NCBI GenBank assembly: GCA_951406725.2
Contig: OX597815.1
Coordinates: 80,662,001 to 80,726,000, forward strand
Direction: 5' to 3'
DNA from: Octopus vulgaris
Lineage: Eukaryota
Length of the DNA stretch: 64,000 nt
The notes beneath the pieces are model-generated. The model worked only from the letters and a program-made list of their open reading frames with translations, was not told the origin of the DNA and ran no database searches. Position numbers and translations under genes: made by a program. Of the stretch, positions 11,804-24,508 are shown one piece after another; within the stretch, counting starts at the first letter, position 1; every line of letters starts with the position of its first letter.

Positions 11804-12387
11804 TTATGATTTATATTCCTGTTGATGTTTGCTTGATGAATTTTGCGTTTTGGTTGTGGTACTTTACTTGGTTTCGTTATGTTTTCTGTCTTGTTTTTGG
11901 TATTATGTATGCTACTTTTCAATTTCTTGTTAGCATTGTTTTTAACCACCTGGAGAAATGATCTGGGTTTACTTCTAGATCTAGATCGGTTTTTTGTCCA
12001 GTTTCTTGTGGGTAATCTCTGTTGAGGTCTTGAAAATGATCTCCTGTTATTTCTACTGCTAATGGTCTGTTCAAAACAATATCTATTTTGTTTGTGCTTT
12101 TTGTTCATGTTGTGTGCATTAGGGTGTTTGCATACAAAATGGGAAGAGTTCTTACCGTAGTTCGTCTTCGATTCGTGGTGAAACGGGTGTTCATGTTGCC
12201 ACGTGTTCTGGTGTATGTTGCGTTGGTGAGGTTGTCCACTTTTAATGCTATTTCTCGGAGTTCTGGTGTCTTTACCGTAATTTGTAGCATATTTGTCGAG
12301 AAATAATTGTTTCCGCTGCCAAAACTTTCTTGATCTGCTTTCTTCTTTTGAGATATCTCTGATCCATAGTTCTCGCATTTTTTCTGC
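11710..12387 (-). CDS. PLE upstream ORF: basic, Asn/Lys/Arg-rich, RSRSRS motif; probably 5'-truncated (ATG at 12378)
   Basis: ~225 stop-free codons between the (TA)n boundary and TAG at 11710; overlaps the RT frame by ~94 nt; the YI-repeat N-terminus in the ORF track is microsatellite artefact. Confidence 0.7.
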   Translation of the reverse strand, partial: AEKMRELWIRDISKEESRSRKFWQRKQLFLDKYATNYGKDTRTPRNSIKSGQPHQRNIHQNTWQHEHPFHHESKTNYGKNSSHFVCKHPNAHNMNKKHKQNRYCFEQTISSRNNRRSFSRPQQRLPTRNWTKNRSRSRSKPRSFLQVVKNNANKKLKSSIHNTKNKTENITKPSKVPQPKRKIHQANINRNINHNQKKIHFFTSGQQTPEKEKIQEETYPKQLNV

Positions 12388-12456
12388 TATATATATATAT
12401 ATACATACATATATATATACATATATATATTTATATATATATATACATACATATAC

Positions 12457-12495
<39 letters not shown>

Positions 12496-12899
12496 ACGAA
12501 TTATAAATCAAATTTGGTTTCACTGGCATAAAAAGAACTGGGAAAACGATTTTCCCACGTACGTCATAATTTTCTATGAAACCATTCAAAGAAGGCAAGC
12601 TTTCTGAAAAAATATTTCTGAACTAATCTTCCTCGTCAAGCTGATACAACAGTATTTCCAGCAGAATTTATATGCAGTAGTATGTCAAGCAGAAATTATA
12701 TAATCTGAAACATATGCAACATAACCATATTAGACAGGTGTATGAACAAATAAAGCAAGCCTACATGTGCCTTCTATATGATTGCATTCAGAACTGAAAA
12801 AAAAAAAAAGTTCAAACAATCTTCTAACATTGATCACATCTACAGCAAAGGTAGTATTGGTAGCATGTGGGAAGAAAATACTACAGAGAAATTGAATAT

Positions 12900-13846
12900 C
12901 CTGCGGTATTCAATTATTGTTTTTGTATTGTGTCCGTTGAGGAGTAGCATCATTTGATAATTTGGTAATTTTGTATATCAACGTGGCCCTGCTATGTATC
13001 TAAAGATAACCAACATGACTTGTTCACCGACATATCATCTGACGCCCAATTACTTGTAGACGTAGGATATTTAATGTAGAATTCGTTTTTTTTTTCAATC
13101 CTTGGCGAGCACAACAGAAAAAAAAGACATGTATAGACTTTATAGAAAGTCTCTCTTTGAAAATGGTTGATTTCTGCATACCTGATGGAACATCTACAAT
13201 GCTGTTTTATTTTTCTTAAGCGAAAAGTCCAAAATATCAGCTCTGACGTAAATGACCTGCAGATCATTAAGTAATCATTACGTGCGATGATACCGTCTTC
13301 ATATCTCAAGCCTTTTCCTGATGAATTTGTAGGTGTGTTGAACTTTGCCAAATCTAATTCTCTAAACATACCACGGTACACTGCATTTATAATAAGAAGA
13401 GTTAAGTGCTGAAGAAGGGGTACTTTTGTTTCACGCAGAAGTACTCAGCGGGCAAACGTCTTTTCAAAACATTTTCCGTAACAAATTTGTTGTCTTCTAT
13501 AACAAACCTTACACATTGCTGTCTGAAAAGTGGTGGTGGGACCCTTTTGTCCCATACATCCCATAACCGTTGTGAACAATGTTTCTGCGGCACTCTATAT
13601 CTAAAAACAAATACTGTACAAGGAAATTAAGAATACTATGTAGATTTACGTCTCTGAAACTGTATAAAACTGAGTCATTTGTGGAAAAGATCTAAACTCA
13701 TCTGTCTCTTATAAGCAGTATTAAAATAAATTAAATTACAAACGCATAGTACCTGTTCTATGCCTGTTCTATGGTATCCAGCTACTTTAGACGTCGTTCT
13801 TTACAGGGAGTATGTCAACATTACAGAACAGGATAAACGGTTATGC
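12900..13846 (-). pseudogene. possible degraded spliced gene (BC-box/LRR-like)
   Basis: Two same-frame ORFs separated by one stop at 13402; PPPLFRQQCVRFV, RRLPAEY, RELDL; acceptor-like sites ~13847, ~13601, ~13100 and donor-like sites ~13752, ~13180. Confidence 0.25.
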
Positions 13847-15150
13847 TGTAAAAGAAATATGTTTTCTAATACCTTTTCTGGAATATCTCTGGCTAGGTGT
13901 ATTTTGACCAATAAGTTATACAATATATCTGGGTATATATGAACCAATAACGTTCCTGAGTGAGTGTATATGAACGAAGAAGGTCATATAAACGCTCTAA
14001 CTGGGTACATATAAACCAACAATAGTTTCCAAATTATTTTGATGTTTTCAAAACCTAAAATAATAAAGAAAAATTAGAGAAAATATAACTTCCTTAAATA
14101 ATAAAATCCTGGCAAGCTCGCCAAAAATATTTTTTTTTTTTTTTTCCTTTTTCTTTTCAAAATTTTCTAAATAACTTTAAACATAACTCGTAAGAACAAT
14201 AAATAAAAAGAGTTCGACTAGAAATTCCAGGGCCACATGCCTTACATTTGCATATAACTTATATGTATATAAGTATGCGGTATAAACATTAAAATAACTT
14301 TAAGCATAGTTTTTTCCCCTTTTAGTTTTTTTTATGTTTTCTTTAGTAGACATTTTGTTTTTGCTTACACTCTTTTTCTTTCAGTAGTCGTAGTAGTCAA
14401 TTTACTTCCAAAAAACAATTGACTGTTGCCATGTAAAAACAAATCTAACTCTTTTCAGCACTTTCTACCAATTTTCAAATAGCTATCGCTCAACTGAATG
14501 CACGTGTCTTAATCAGTCGTAAGGAATTTGTGATTTTTCATCAAGTCCTTCCACAAAAACCTCAACAGGTCCCCCATTTTCGCACATTTATCAAAACTTT
14601 GTTATTCTATTGATCAACTTCATATTCCTCTCTGGGTCTAAATCATAGACTTGTTCTACTTTACGAATTTTTTTTTTTTAATTTTATCCTCTTTAAGTCT
14701 GATGTGTAATTGTTTAGCCGCTTTATTGAAGTTTTATAGTAAAATAGTAATGCAAGTTCTGTCATAGTTGTGCAAGATCCTTTGACGAAGGGTCTATTCA
14801 ACTGCTAAGTTCACTTTTCGATTACTAAGTATGGCTCGCGTATTCAGCTGCTGCAATAGGAATACTGTAGGTACAGGTGACCCCATATTGGATTTTAGCA
14901 CTGGATTTTCCGTACATCATTAATTAACTATTCTCTGTAATTACTACAAACTGCCTTTCACATATGTACATTCATACGTGCACACATACGTACACACACA
15001 TACACACACGTACACACACACACACACACACACACAAATATATACACACATTCACATTCATATATATGTATATCCATCCATTGATATCGACATATATGTG
15101 CGTATACATATATAAGTATATACATATTTATGCACATATGTATGAGTGCA

Positions 15151-15218
<68 letters not shown>

Positions 15219-16874
15219 CGTGCGTGCGTGTAATATTAACCAAGAATTTCTTTGAATGAAAATTCGGCTCGGATATATAATCTTGTTTATTTTCTATATG
15301 ACAAACATATATCTGGCTCTGCGTACGTCCAAGATAAATGTGTATAGAACACAATTTTTACACATGTACAAACAAAATTTTTGTACAAATGTATGTGCAT
15401 GCGTTTGTAAATGTAATGGCAATCAAGCAAAGTCCGCGGATGAACAACTAAAATGAAGGCCAAATCTGCAGAAATCTCTTATTATTCTAGTATACCATCA
15501 CCATCGCCTCCAAGATCATATGACCAGCTGCAGGTTGTATAATGACGGTAACTCCTGCTGTTGAATGTAGATTCATTCAATGATAGAACTGGCTGAACGA
15601 ACCCTGTGCTATGAATCAGTGACGCGTAAACACTGATAAGCCGACGCAACTAGCCGTATGTTCTGCTGGTGGTGCTTTACATATAAGGAATGTGGTGACG
15701 GCGGTGGTGGCATTCTTGTTAGTGGCGTTGTTTTTGATGGACAGTGATAGCATTTTTGTAATTCATGTTTGATTATAGTGTGCTATTGTGTTGTTGGTTT
15801 ATTTTGTCAGTTTGGTGAGTTATGTGGACGTTGGTGTATGGTGCGTTACTTTATGGTGTTTTATAGGGATCCTTTTCTGTACGGTAACATAGAGGCAGGC
15901 AGTACTTTATGGTACAGAGGTATGCTACTTGTGTGTATAGCTTTTCTTTGTGTATTATGGCGTATTTGTGTTATCTTGTGGCGTGCTTTTATGTTATTGA
16001 TTTGCAGAAAATGTTGCTTTGGCGATTCTTGCCTTATATGTATGTAAATGTATGCTTTCCGTTGTACTGACGATGTGTTTTGTTTCTAAGGGTTTGTCAG
16101 GTTGATTTTATATGCCAACCTACCTTGGTTTAGCATTCATGGTCCCTCCATAAGTAATGTATTTTCGTATTTTCTCTATGCCATTATGTGAACCATCTTT
16201 TTCTTTCCAAAAGCCTTCTGCTACGTGTGTGTATATATAATTTTTAATATTGTAGTAAATTCTAATTACCTAATTATATTCATTAGAATATTTCCATAAC
16301 ACACACACACACACACACACACATGTATATGTGTGTGTGTGTGTGTTCTACAGGAAGATGAAAATAATAGGTTTTAATTGTAGATTACAGCTTTTATTTC
16401 TGCATCGGACAGCAGCTTTAAGTTGCTGAGTTCATATTCGTATAATATTACACGAAATTATTCTCTAGAATAATTATACAAAGACATTTGATTCAATAAC
16501 AGCTATATGTAGATGCTTCATTAGGTAGAATGCCTTTAGGCACTGTCGGATTTCTTTACCTTCGTTACTTATACGCTTACGCTTAAATACCTATCTTTCT
16601 TTACCAAGCTGTTCAAAAATTCAGGGCTACACATATTGTTGTAGCGACAGTAAAATAAAGACGAAAGTAAAATCATTATAATAATACCAATAGCAATAAT
16701 AATAAAATAAAAGCGATATTAATGATAAGGAAATAAAAAATATATGAATCCTACTCAGTAACAGAATTCTACTTTTATAAGGTAGAGGATATTTTAAATG
16801 CACATTATGAAGTTATTACCTAGATTATATATATATATATAATTTAGAGAAAAACCTCTATTATATTCCCTACA

Positions 16875-16901
16875 ATTATTATTATTATTATCATTATTAT
16901 T

Positions 16902-16981
<80 letters not shown>

Positions 16982-16982
16982 T
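16875..16982. repeat. (ATT)n/(TA)n microsatellite
   Basis: Direct reading. Confidence 0.95.
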
Positions 16983-17047
16983 GAGAAAAAGTTTTAAAAT
17001 TCAATGGAAACGGAGAATACATACATAAAGTAATCAATTTATTACCA

Positions 17048-17304
17048 TAGGCGTAGTAGTGGCTGTATGCTGAGTAGCTTACTTACCAACCACATGATTC
17101 CGCGTTCAGTCCCACTGTAGAGCACCTTGGGCAAGTATCTTCTGCTATAGCCGCAGGCCGACCAAAGCCTTCTGAGTGGATTTGGTAAAGGCAAACGGAA
17201 AGAAGCCCCACATACATACATCTGCACACACACAGAAGACTAGTCCACATATATACACAAGTATATATATATATACACATGTATATACATATACATATAT
17301 ATAC

Positions 17305-17335
<31 letters not shown>

Positions 17336-17490
17336 CATATATACACACATACACGTACGTATATACCTACATATATACACATATATACCTACACCAGTCA
17401 TATACATACCTACATACACATACATCTATATATCTATACATATACATACACATATATATACACATGCACATACCAATACACATACGCATA

Positions 17491-17563
<73 letters not shown>

Positions 17564-17785
17564 ATGGATGGATGTGTACATGTTCGTGTGTCTGTGTTTG
17601 TTCCCCAACATCGCTTGACAACCGATGCTGGAGCGTTTACGTCCCTGTAACTTAGTGATTCGGCAAAGGAGACCGATAGAATAAGTACTAAACTGACACA
17701 GAATAAGCCCTGGGGTCGATTTGTTCGACTATAGGCGGTGCTTCAGCATGGCCGCAGTCAAATGGCTGAAACACATAAAAGAATA
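17048..17785 (+). mobile_element. SINE family A with expanded internal microsatellite
   Basis: Head 17048-17210 and tail ~17585-17785 separated by ~370 bp of TA/CA repeats. Confidence 0.85.
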
Positions 17786-17858
17786 GTCCAGTTAATTAAT
17801 AAGGTCATTCATAATGCCTATGTCTTAATTATATATAAAATAAAGTAATTAGGGGGTA

Positions 17859-18026
17859 GATGAATATGTTATGGGCATGCTGAATAGAATGAAAAGTAGA
17901 ATAGGCTTGTAAGCATAAATAGTTAATCGAGTTAGTGAAGTGGGTGGAATAAGGACGTAGAAGAATGTGTTATGGACGTAGTGAATAGGATGAAAAGTAG
18001 TGGTAGGCTTGTAAAAAGTTAATCGG
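17859..18026. repeat. diverged direct repeat, ~100-bp period
   Basis: gaatatgttatggg..gaatagaatgaaaagtag..taggcttgtaa..agttaatcg occurs twice. Confidence 0.7.
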
Positions 18027-18561
18027 CACTACCAATTGAGTGGAATACTAGCATGATCTAGCTCTTCTGAACTATGTCTGTCCCTTTTCCAGTAAGGTCA
18101 AAAAATAGACTTTTAGCTATTTTAAAAACAGAATCTTCAGACGCACATGCTACAATTTACTCGTAATAAACTTTCCATCCGTTTGGATATGAAAAATATC
18201 AGTCAATTATGCCCTGGGGAAGCTTTTTGCTTTTTCAATTTCATAATGCTATTTAAATGTGCAAATATTGAAAAGCATCATTCAACCGAAACGCAGCGTA
18301 GGCAATATGAATTAATTTGACTATTTTCCGTTTTCATTGAAATTTAAAACATTTTCCTCCTTTATCGAGAGTGATGAAAATATCCATAGCGTCAACTGGA
18401 GTTTCAGAGGTGTAAAGTACTAATATTGAAGAAAAACCAACAATAATCACTAGTACATATACAGAAGAAAAATTCCAGTATCGTTAATCGATACTGTGCT
18501 AAACTGATATACGCTTGGATAATATATCCCTAAGAATGAACAACTTCTTTCTATACAGACT

Positions 18562-18765
18562 TAGATATATATATACATGAGTAAGCACATAAATGCAAAC
18601 ACAATGTGGAAGATATATATATACATGAGTAAGCACATAAATGCAAACACAATGTGGAAGAAATAGTACTCGAATACCGAAGGTAGGGTAATATGCTTTT
18701 TTTTATCAAAGCTGCAAAAATACCACCTAAGTCAAAGTTTCACGTTCCCGTTCGTCGGGAAAGTG
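18562..18765 (-). mobile_element. PLE terminal fragment (family D) with degenerate HHR and 49-bp tandem duplication
   Basis: Minus strand CCGACGA acg ggaa cgt GAAA (18758-18738); tail homologous to 26770-26855; 18562-18660 is two 49-bp copies. Confidence 0.65.
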
Positions 18766-18939
18766 TGATACAGAATACTCGAATGAGGAGCAGATAGTCA
18801 GCCGACAACTGATGAAGGGTCCTTTCTCTGTGTTTACTTTTCCTGTTCTCCATTTCCTCTCGTTGTTTACGTATTTAACTCGTTTGTTTACATATTTCAT
18901 GTTTTTGCTCCGTTGGTGACGACCCGTACCCATATATGC

Positions 18940-20129
18940 ATGTCTTGCCCTTACATCTCCAACACCAACCTCCTCACCAGCACCCATCAGCAACCCTATC
19001 ATATCACCGACTTCTTCACCTGCACTTCTAGTAATGTCATCTACTGCATCTCCTGCTCTCTCTGCCCTTCTGTATACATCGGGCAAACGGGACGCCGCTT
19101 GGCTGAACGGTTCTCGGAACACCTCCGAAACATCCGACTCGGCAATGACACCCCGATCTCGCGCCATTTCCGCTCTACCGGTCACTCTTTGTAACACCTG
19201 TCTGTGTTCGGATTGTCCTTGCACAGGGGCAATCCGGTCTCCCGTCTTCGCCGTGAACAGGGATTAATCTTCTCTCTTCGCCCCTTTGCACCACATGGGC
19301 TCAATTCCCACCTCCTTCATCTAACCCTCCTCCCCTCTCCTCTCTTCCTCTCAAACCTACATCCTCCCTCCCACCTCTCCTCTCTTGCTCTGACTCCTAC
19401 TTCTTCTCTTAACTCCTACTCTCCTCTCTTTTCTTCACTCCTACCCACCTTCTCCCTTCCCCACTCCCTTCATCGTTACCCTTCTCTCGTAACTCCACCC
19501 CGACACAATCCAACCCTACCTTCCCTACCCATCCCACCCCATCCCTTACACCCACTCCCATATGCCCCACCTGTACCCCCTCAGCCTAACCCACACCCCA
19601 CTCTTGCTTTCCCCACTCTCGCCTTCCCCACATCCCAACATCACGACACCACACCACACACCACCATACCACACACCACCATACCACACACCACCATACC
19701 ACACAACACCACATCACATCATACCACCACGTACACACTAGCATTGACTACTTCCCAACCTTACACCATCATCCACACACCTACACATGAATACACGCAC
19801 ACCTCAAGGTCACCAGGCCCCTTCCACACGCACATAATGCTCTCTTATACACATGCACGCGCACCTTCGTTTTGGGCTCATCACTATGTTATTATCTTCA
19901 CTCTTCCTAGCTCTCCTGTGTGACCCCTCTGTTCGGCATTCGCTAAGATAGATTGCTAGCCAATACACTTTCTTTACTTTCTCTCCCTGTTTCTTTCCGT
20001 GTTCCTTTGTGCGAAAGGGCGTAGGCTCGAAACGTCAAAGGCTTTTTCACTTCCCGAGCGTTATATTAATATATGTTTGTTGTCTACACCATCTGTCTTC
20101 GTTTTCTGGGTTTTTTTTGTGTGAATTCT

Positions 20130-20131
<2 letters not shown>
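18940..20131 (+). mobile_element. 5'-truncated PLE: GIY-YIG pseudogene, C-rich 3' region and HHR-bearing terminus (family E)
   Basis: CPYI..FTCTSSNVIYCISCSLCPSVYIGQTGRRLAERFSEH..HF..GH, in-frame stop at 19192, then RLRREQGLIFSL..PHGLN; ends at (TA)n. Confidence 0.85.
20004..20041 (+). ncRNA. degenerate minimal HHR (family E)
   Basis: ccttt gtgcgaa a gggc gtag gctc GAAA cg TC aaagg; stems present, core decayed. Confidence 0.55.
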
Positions 20132-20206
<75 letters not shown>

Positions 20207-20470
20207 CATACAATTGTATATAGATTCTTACGTAATAACAAAATTATCGTGATATTTATTACATTAAATGTTTTTATATCGAAAAAAGAAGGGAATTTGG
20301 TAAATTGAATTACAAATAGTCTGGCAACAAAATATTTATTCGTATAATTTACCTATTGTATTATTGAATGTTTAAAAGTCTACATGCCAATCATAACGTT
20401 GCTTTATTTATATAGTTTACTCCTATATCAATTAATTCGCCACACAAAGGAAGTATTTTCACTATATATG

Positions 20471-20514
<44 letters not shown>

Positions 20515-20548
20515 TGTGCATCTGTACGTATGTATCTGTATGTATGTG

Positions 20549-20600
<52 letters not shown>

Positions 20601-20684
20601 CACATACACACATACATACACACACACACACATATACCTTATATTTCAGCACATACATACATGCATACATACATACATACACAC

Positions 20685-20771
<87 letters not shown>

Positions 20772-20889
20772 TATATGTAGGTCCCGGGTTGAGTCGGGGT
20801 TAACCACAGTAAATAAGGTACTCAATACATAGCAGAGTAAATTAATTTATTATATAGAAGGAGCTTCTACAGGACTAGAAATCATCAGG

Positions 20890-20942
20890 AAGCTTCCTGA
20901 TGATTTCTTTTGAATGAAACAGTTCTAGTCCTGTAGAAGCTT
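20890..20942 (+). ncRNA. type I hammerhead ribozyme, canonical core
   Basis: aagcttc CTGATGA t ttc tttt gaa t GAAA cag ttctagtc ctg TA gaagctt; an inverted, internally deleted copy lies immediately upstream (20848-20893). Confidence 0.85.
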
Positions 20943-20952
20943 CTTCTATATA

Positions 20953-21015
<63 letters not shown>

Positions 21016-21030
21016 GTATGTATATCATAC

Positions 21031-21070
<40 letters not shown>

Positions 21071-21076
21071 TACAAT

Positions 21077-21150
<74 letters not shown>

Positions 21151-21152
<2 letters not shown>

Positions 21153-21325
21153 CAAGAAAAAAGCAACAAGAATGGATCTAAACTACTGAACCATTCTTGG
21201 TGCTTTTTTCTTGGTTATAATCACCCCACATAATTTTATGGTTAATACCATAAAGAATTCTGGGGCATCTAAGTTAAGTACCATATTCATTTGAATTCAT
21301 TTGAATCTTAATTATTTTGCTGAAA
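21151..21325. repeat. short foldback insert between (TA)n tracts
   Basis: ccaagaaaaaagcaacaagaatgg / ccattcttggtgcttttttcttgg arms at 21152-21214. Confidence 0.7.
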
Positions 21326-21382
21326 TTATATATATATAACTGCTTGCACATACAAACACACGCACACACATACACACACATG

Positions 21383-21495
<113 letters not shown>

Positions 21496-21544
21496 GAAGG
21501 ACAGAGAGAGAGAGAGAGACTGTACTTGATTTATGTGTAGAAAT

Positions 21545-21750
21545 CTTTTTTACTCTAGGCATAAGGCACAAATGTTTTGGGGAGGGGGCCAGTCGATTAT
21601 ATCGACCCAAGTACGCAACTGGTACTTAATTTATCGACTCCGAAAGGCAAAGTCGATCTCAGTGTAATTTGAACTCAGAACGTAAAGACAGACGAAATAC
21701 TACTAAGCATTTCGCCCGGCGTGGTAACCTTTCTGCCAGCTTGCCGCTTT
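21545..21750 (-). mobile_element. SINE family C (Nin/Deu-domain-like)
   Basis: Homologous to 43632-43870; gactttgcctttc..gtcgataaattaagtaccag motif. Confidence 0.75.
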
Positions 21751-23294
21751 GATGTGCAGAATTAATTGATATATATGTGTGTGGGTGCGTTTTTGTGCGT
21801 GTGCGTTTGTGAGTGTATTTATGTCTATTTATATATAAGTGTAGGTGTGATTGAAAATCAATTTATACGCTCCACACCCCTCTTATTCCGTGTACTCACT
21901 TGAACAATGGCCTGTTTCTGTTTGGTTTAACGTGTTACAGTTTGATTTTATATTCCGTACTACCTACTTTGTCTCCTTTTTAACGACCTTTTCGCTTACG
22001 AAATTGTTATGTACTTGTGTTTACCTTAACAATACATTCAATTGGAGTTGATAAGACACTCTTCTGACTGTTGAAGGGCAATAAACTATGAAACTTTTTC
22101 TTAAGCTTGTCATCATAATATGTGGAGTATTCTATATTAATAAACGTCTGATATGTTATAGATAATTGCGACAATTTTAATGTGTGTATGTGCAGAAATA
22201 TAAAATATATATGTGTGTATGTATGTATATGTTTGTATATATATATATATATACATATACACACACATATACACATACACACACACACACACATACAAGC
22301 TCATATATATATCTATTATGTAGTCGCGTAACTAAGTATCAACGTGCACTAACAACAATCCTCACTCCTTGCTCCTCAGTATATCGATCCTCTCACTAAA
22401 TGTACTTAGGTCATGTCTTTCCTGAAGTTGTTTACCTGTAACAGTTTAAACGGTGCATTAACGTATTCAAGTTTGCTCTTTCTTGGAGATCCTACAAAAA
22501 TATTGGGCACTATCTATTCCCATACATTCAGCAAGTACTTTTGTATCAAAGGCCTGCAGAAGAAGTTTCTAAATTTTAATGATCAATAAAACAAAAAACA
22601 GTTCCATTTTCAAGTAACTTTGTTCCTTGCTTGTAAGCCTATGTTTGTTGCTTAGTTTTCCCCCTATACTCACCAGTTGTTTAGTTTTTTTCCTATACTC
22701 ACCTCTATACTCTCCATTGCTTTGTGCTAAGCATTCACTACGTTGTCCCAAGAAATTAAACATCTTTCCTCACACATACAAATCAATATAGAGCGATACT
22801 GAAGTAGAAACTTGATCATAATATTTCCTTTTAGGGGTGATAGTTTAGGGGGGGGGACTCCAAAATTTATTTAGCACACCTTCATACGATTTTTGTTACA
22901 CCATTACTTATCTTTGCTAATCACATAAAAACGCTTGTATATATATTGGAAAACTTAAAAGCTATTCACATCGCCTTAATAGGCAATCTACTTGAGACAT
23001 TTTGCATGCTTTTTTCTGTTTTTAGCAATAGGTCATCCCTGAGCGAGCAAACAGAAAACTTCAGTTTCTTGTTGTAGTTGCTCTTTCTTAAAGTGAACTT
23101 AAATCTAATACACCCTGATTTAAAACGTTTTCACCACAATAATGCCGTCTTTAATAAGAACATATTATACCTAAGAATACATTATCCAATTTGGTATTTT
23201 ATGCTTTTAATAGGTCTTGTATTAAAATGAGGAAGAGGTTGGCTACTACTTCTTTCAAGTCGAGCAACCTCGTCAAGGATCCCATGGTCTCCTC

Positions 23295-24508
23295 AGACGC
23301 TCGTAGGACCACTTTCGGCAGTAATTACTGCTTGAATTCTACGCACTATGGACTCGTACAAAGTTTGAATTGTTTTCAAAGGAATTTTTGTCTATTCTTC
23401 AGCTAAATCAGTCTCCTGTTCTTGTAGTAGTGATTGTGGAGGATATCGACACCTTACTTGTTTTTCTAAAATACGGCATAAATGTTCAATTGAGACCTGG
23501 TGACAGTAGTGGCCAGATAAGATGTTCAACTTCACTAGAATGTTCCTCGTGGCATTCAGTAACAACTTTAGCTGTGTGAATTGGTGCATAATCATCCTGA
23601 AAGATTGCGTTTCCCTCCGGAAACAGTTCCGCAACCATAGGATGAATTTGATAAGATAAAATGCTCAAATAGTCTTGACTATTAATTCTGCCATAAAGGG
23701 AAATTATTGGGCCGGCGGATTTCCACGATATAGCCCCACCCCAGATCATCACAGCTCCTCCTCTATGTTTAATAGTTAGAAGAAAGCAGTCTGGATCAAA
23801 AGCTTCTCTTGACTGTCTCTACACGTATACTCGGCCGGTGGTCGGAAATAAGGTAAAGGATGACTCGTCTGAGAAAATAACATTCTTCCACTGCTCTAGG
23901 GACCAATTCTGTAGGCTTCTACTCTACTCTAAATGCTTTGCGTCGTTTGTGTTTGAAAGTAATTGCTTTCTGATAGCAGCCCTCCCGTGAAATCCGGCTT
24001 TGTGCAGATCCTGGCGAAGTTTTTGTGGAAACTGGGTTCTCGAGGTGGTCATTAAGCTCTGCAGTAATTTTGGGAGCTGTACTTTGGTGATCCTTTCTGA
24101 CAATTCCCGTAAAAGTTCGATGGTTACTATCTGAAAGTTTTGGTTTCCTTCCGGAGCTTTGTTTCGATGACGAAGTTTTTCCCTCTTTCTCAAATGTTAT
24201 CATTACTTTCGAGACAGTACTTCTTGATAACCCAAGCATTTTGGCTATTTTCATTACGCTAGCACCTGCCATATAAATACCAACAATTTGACCTCTTTAA
24301 AAGTCCGATAGATCTGTGACTTTAATGAATTTTGATTACCTTTTTCTGATGATATCCTAAAAGAAACAGCAATCTTAGCAGAACATATTAAGCAACACTA
24401 ATAATAAATCAAAAACATAAAAATATAGAAGCTTTTGACGGTTTTATAGATATTTCAAAATTATGATGCTATGATGCTGGGTGTTTCCATTATTTTGTCC
24501 AACCCCTG
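23295..24508 (-). mobile_element. Tc1-like transposon, transposase pseudogene
   Basis: TA|CAGGGGTTGGACAAAATAATGGAAAC end at 24508; HTH..SGRKPKL, MIWG, IFQDDYAPIH, WP..SPGLN, YESIVRRIQAVITA; frameshifts; second TIR not seen. Confidence 0.9.

Larger units (their letters stand above)
8804..12387 (-). mobile_element. Penelope-like retroelement (Neptune-like), near full length, embedded in (TA)n
   Basis: RT+GIY-YIG ORF, upstream basic ORF, 3' terminal region with HHR; TA-rich microsatellite directly at both ends. Confidence 0.93.

Noticed and set aside
14380-14900. Possible decayed coding or transposase sequence
   Set aside because: No recognisable motif and many stops in all frames examined
19204-19923. 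239-aa Pro/His/Thr-rich ORF
   Set aside because: The first ~37 aa are the GIY-YIG C-terminus after a premature stop; the rest is C-rich low-complexity 3' region
22350-22800. Possible hAT transposase N-terminal remnant on the minus strand
   Set aside because: Only weak SNGE and VFCF words; too degraded to call
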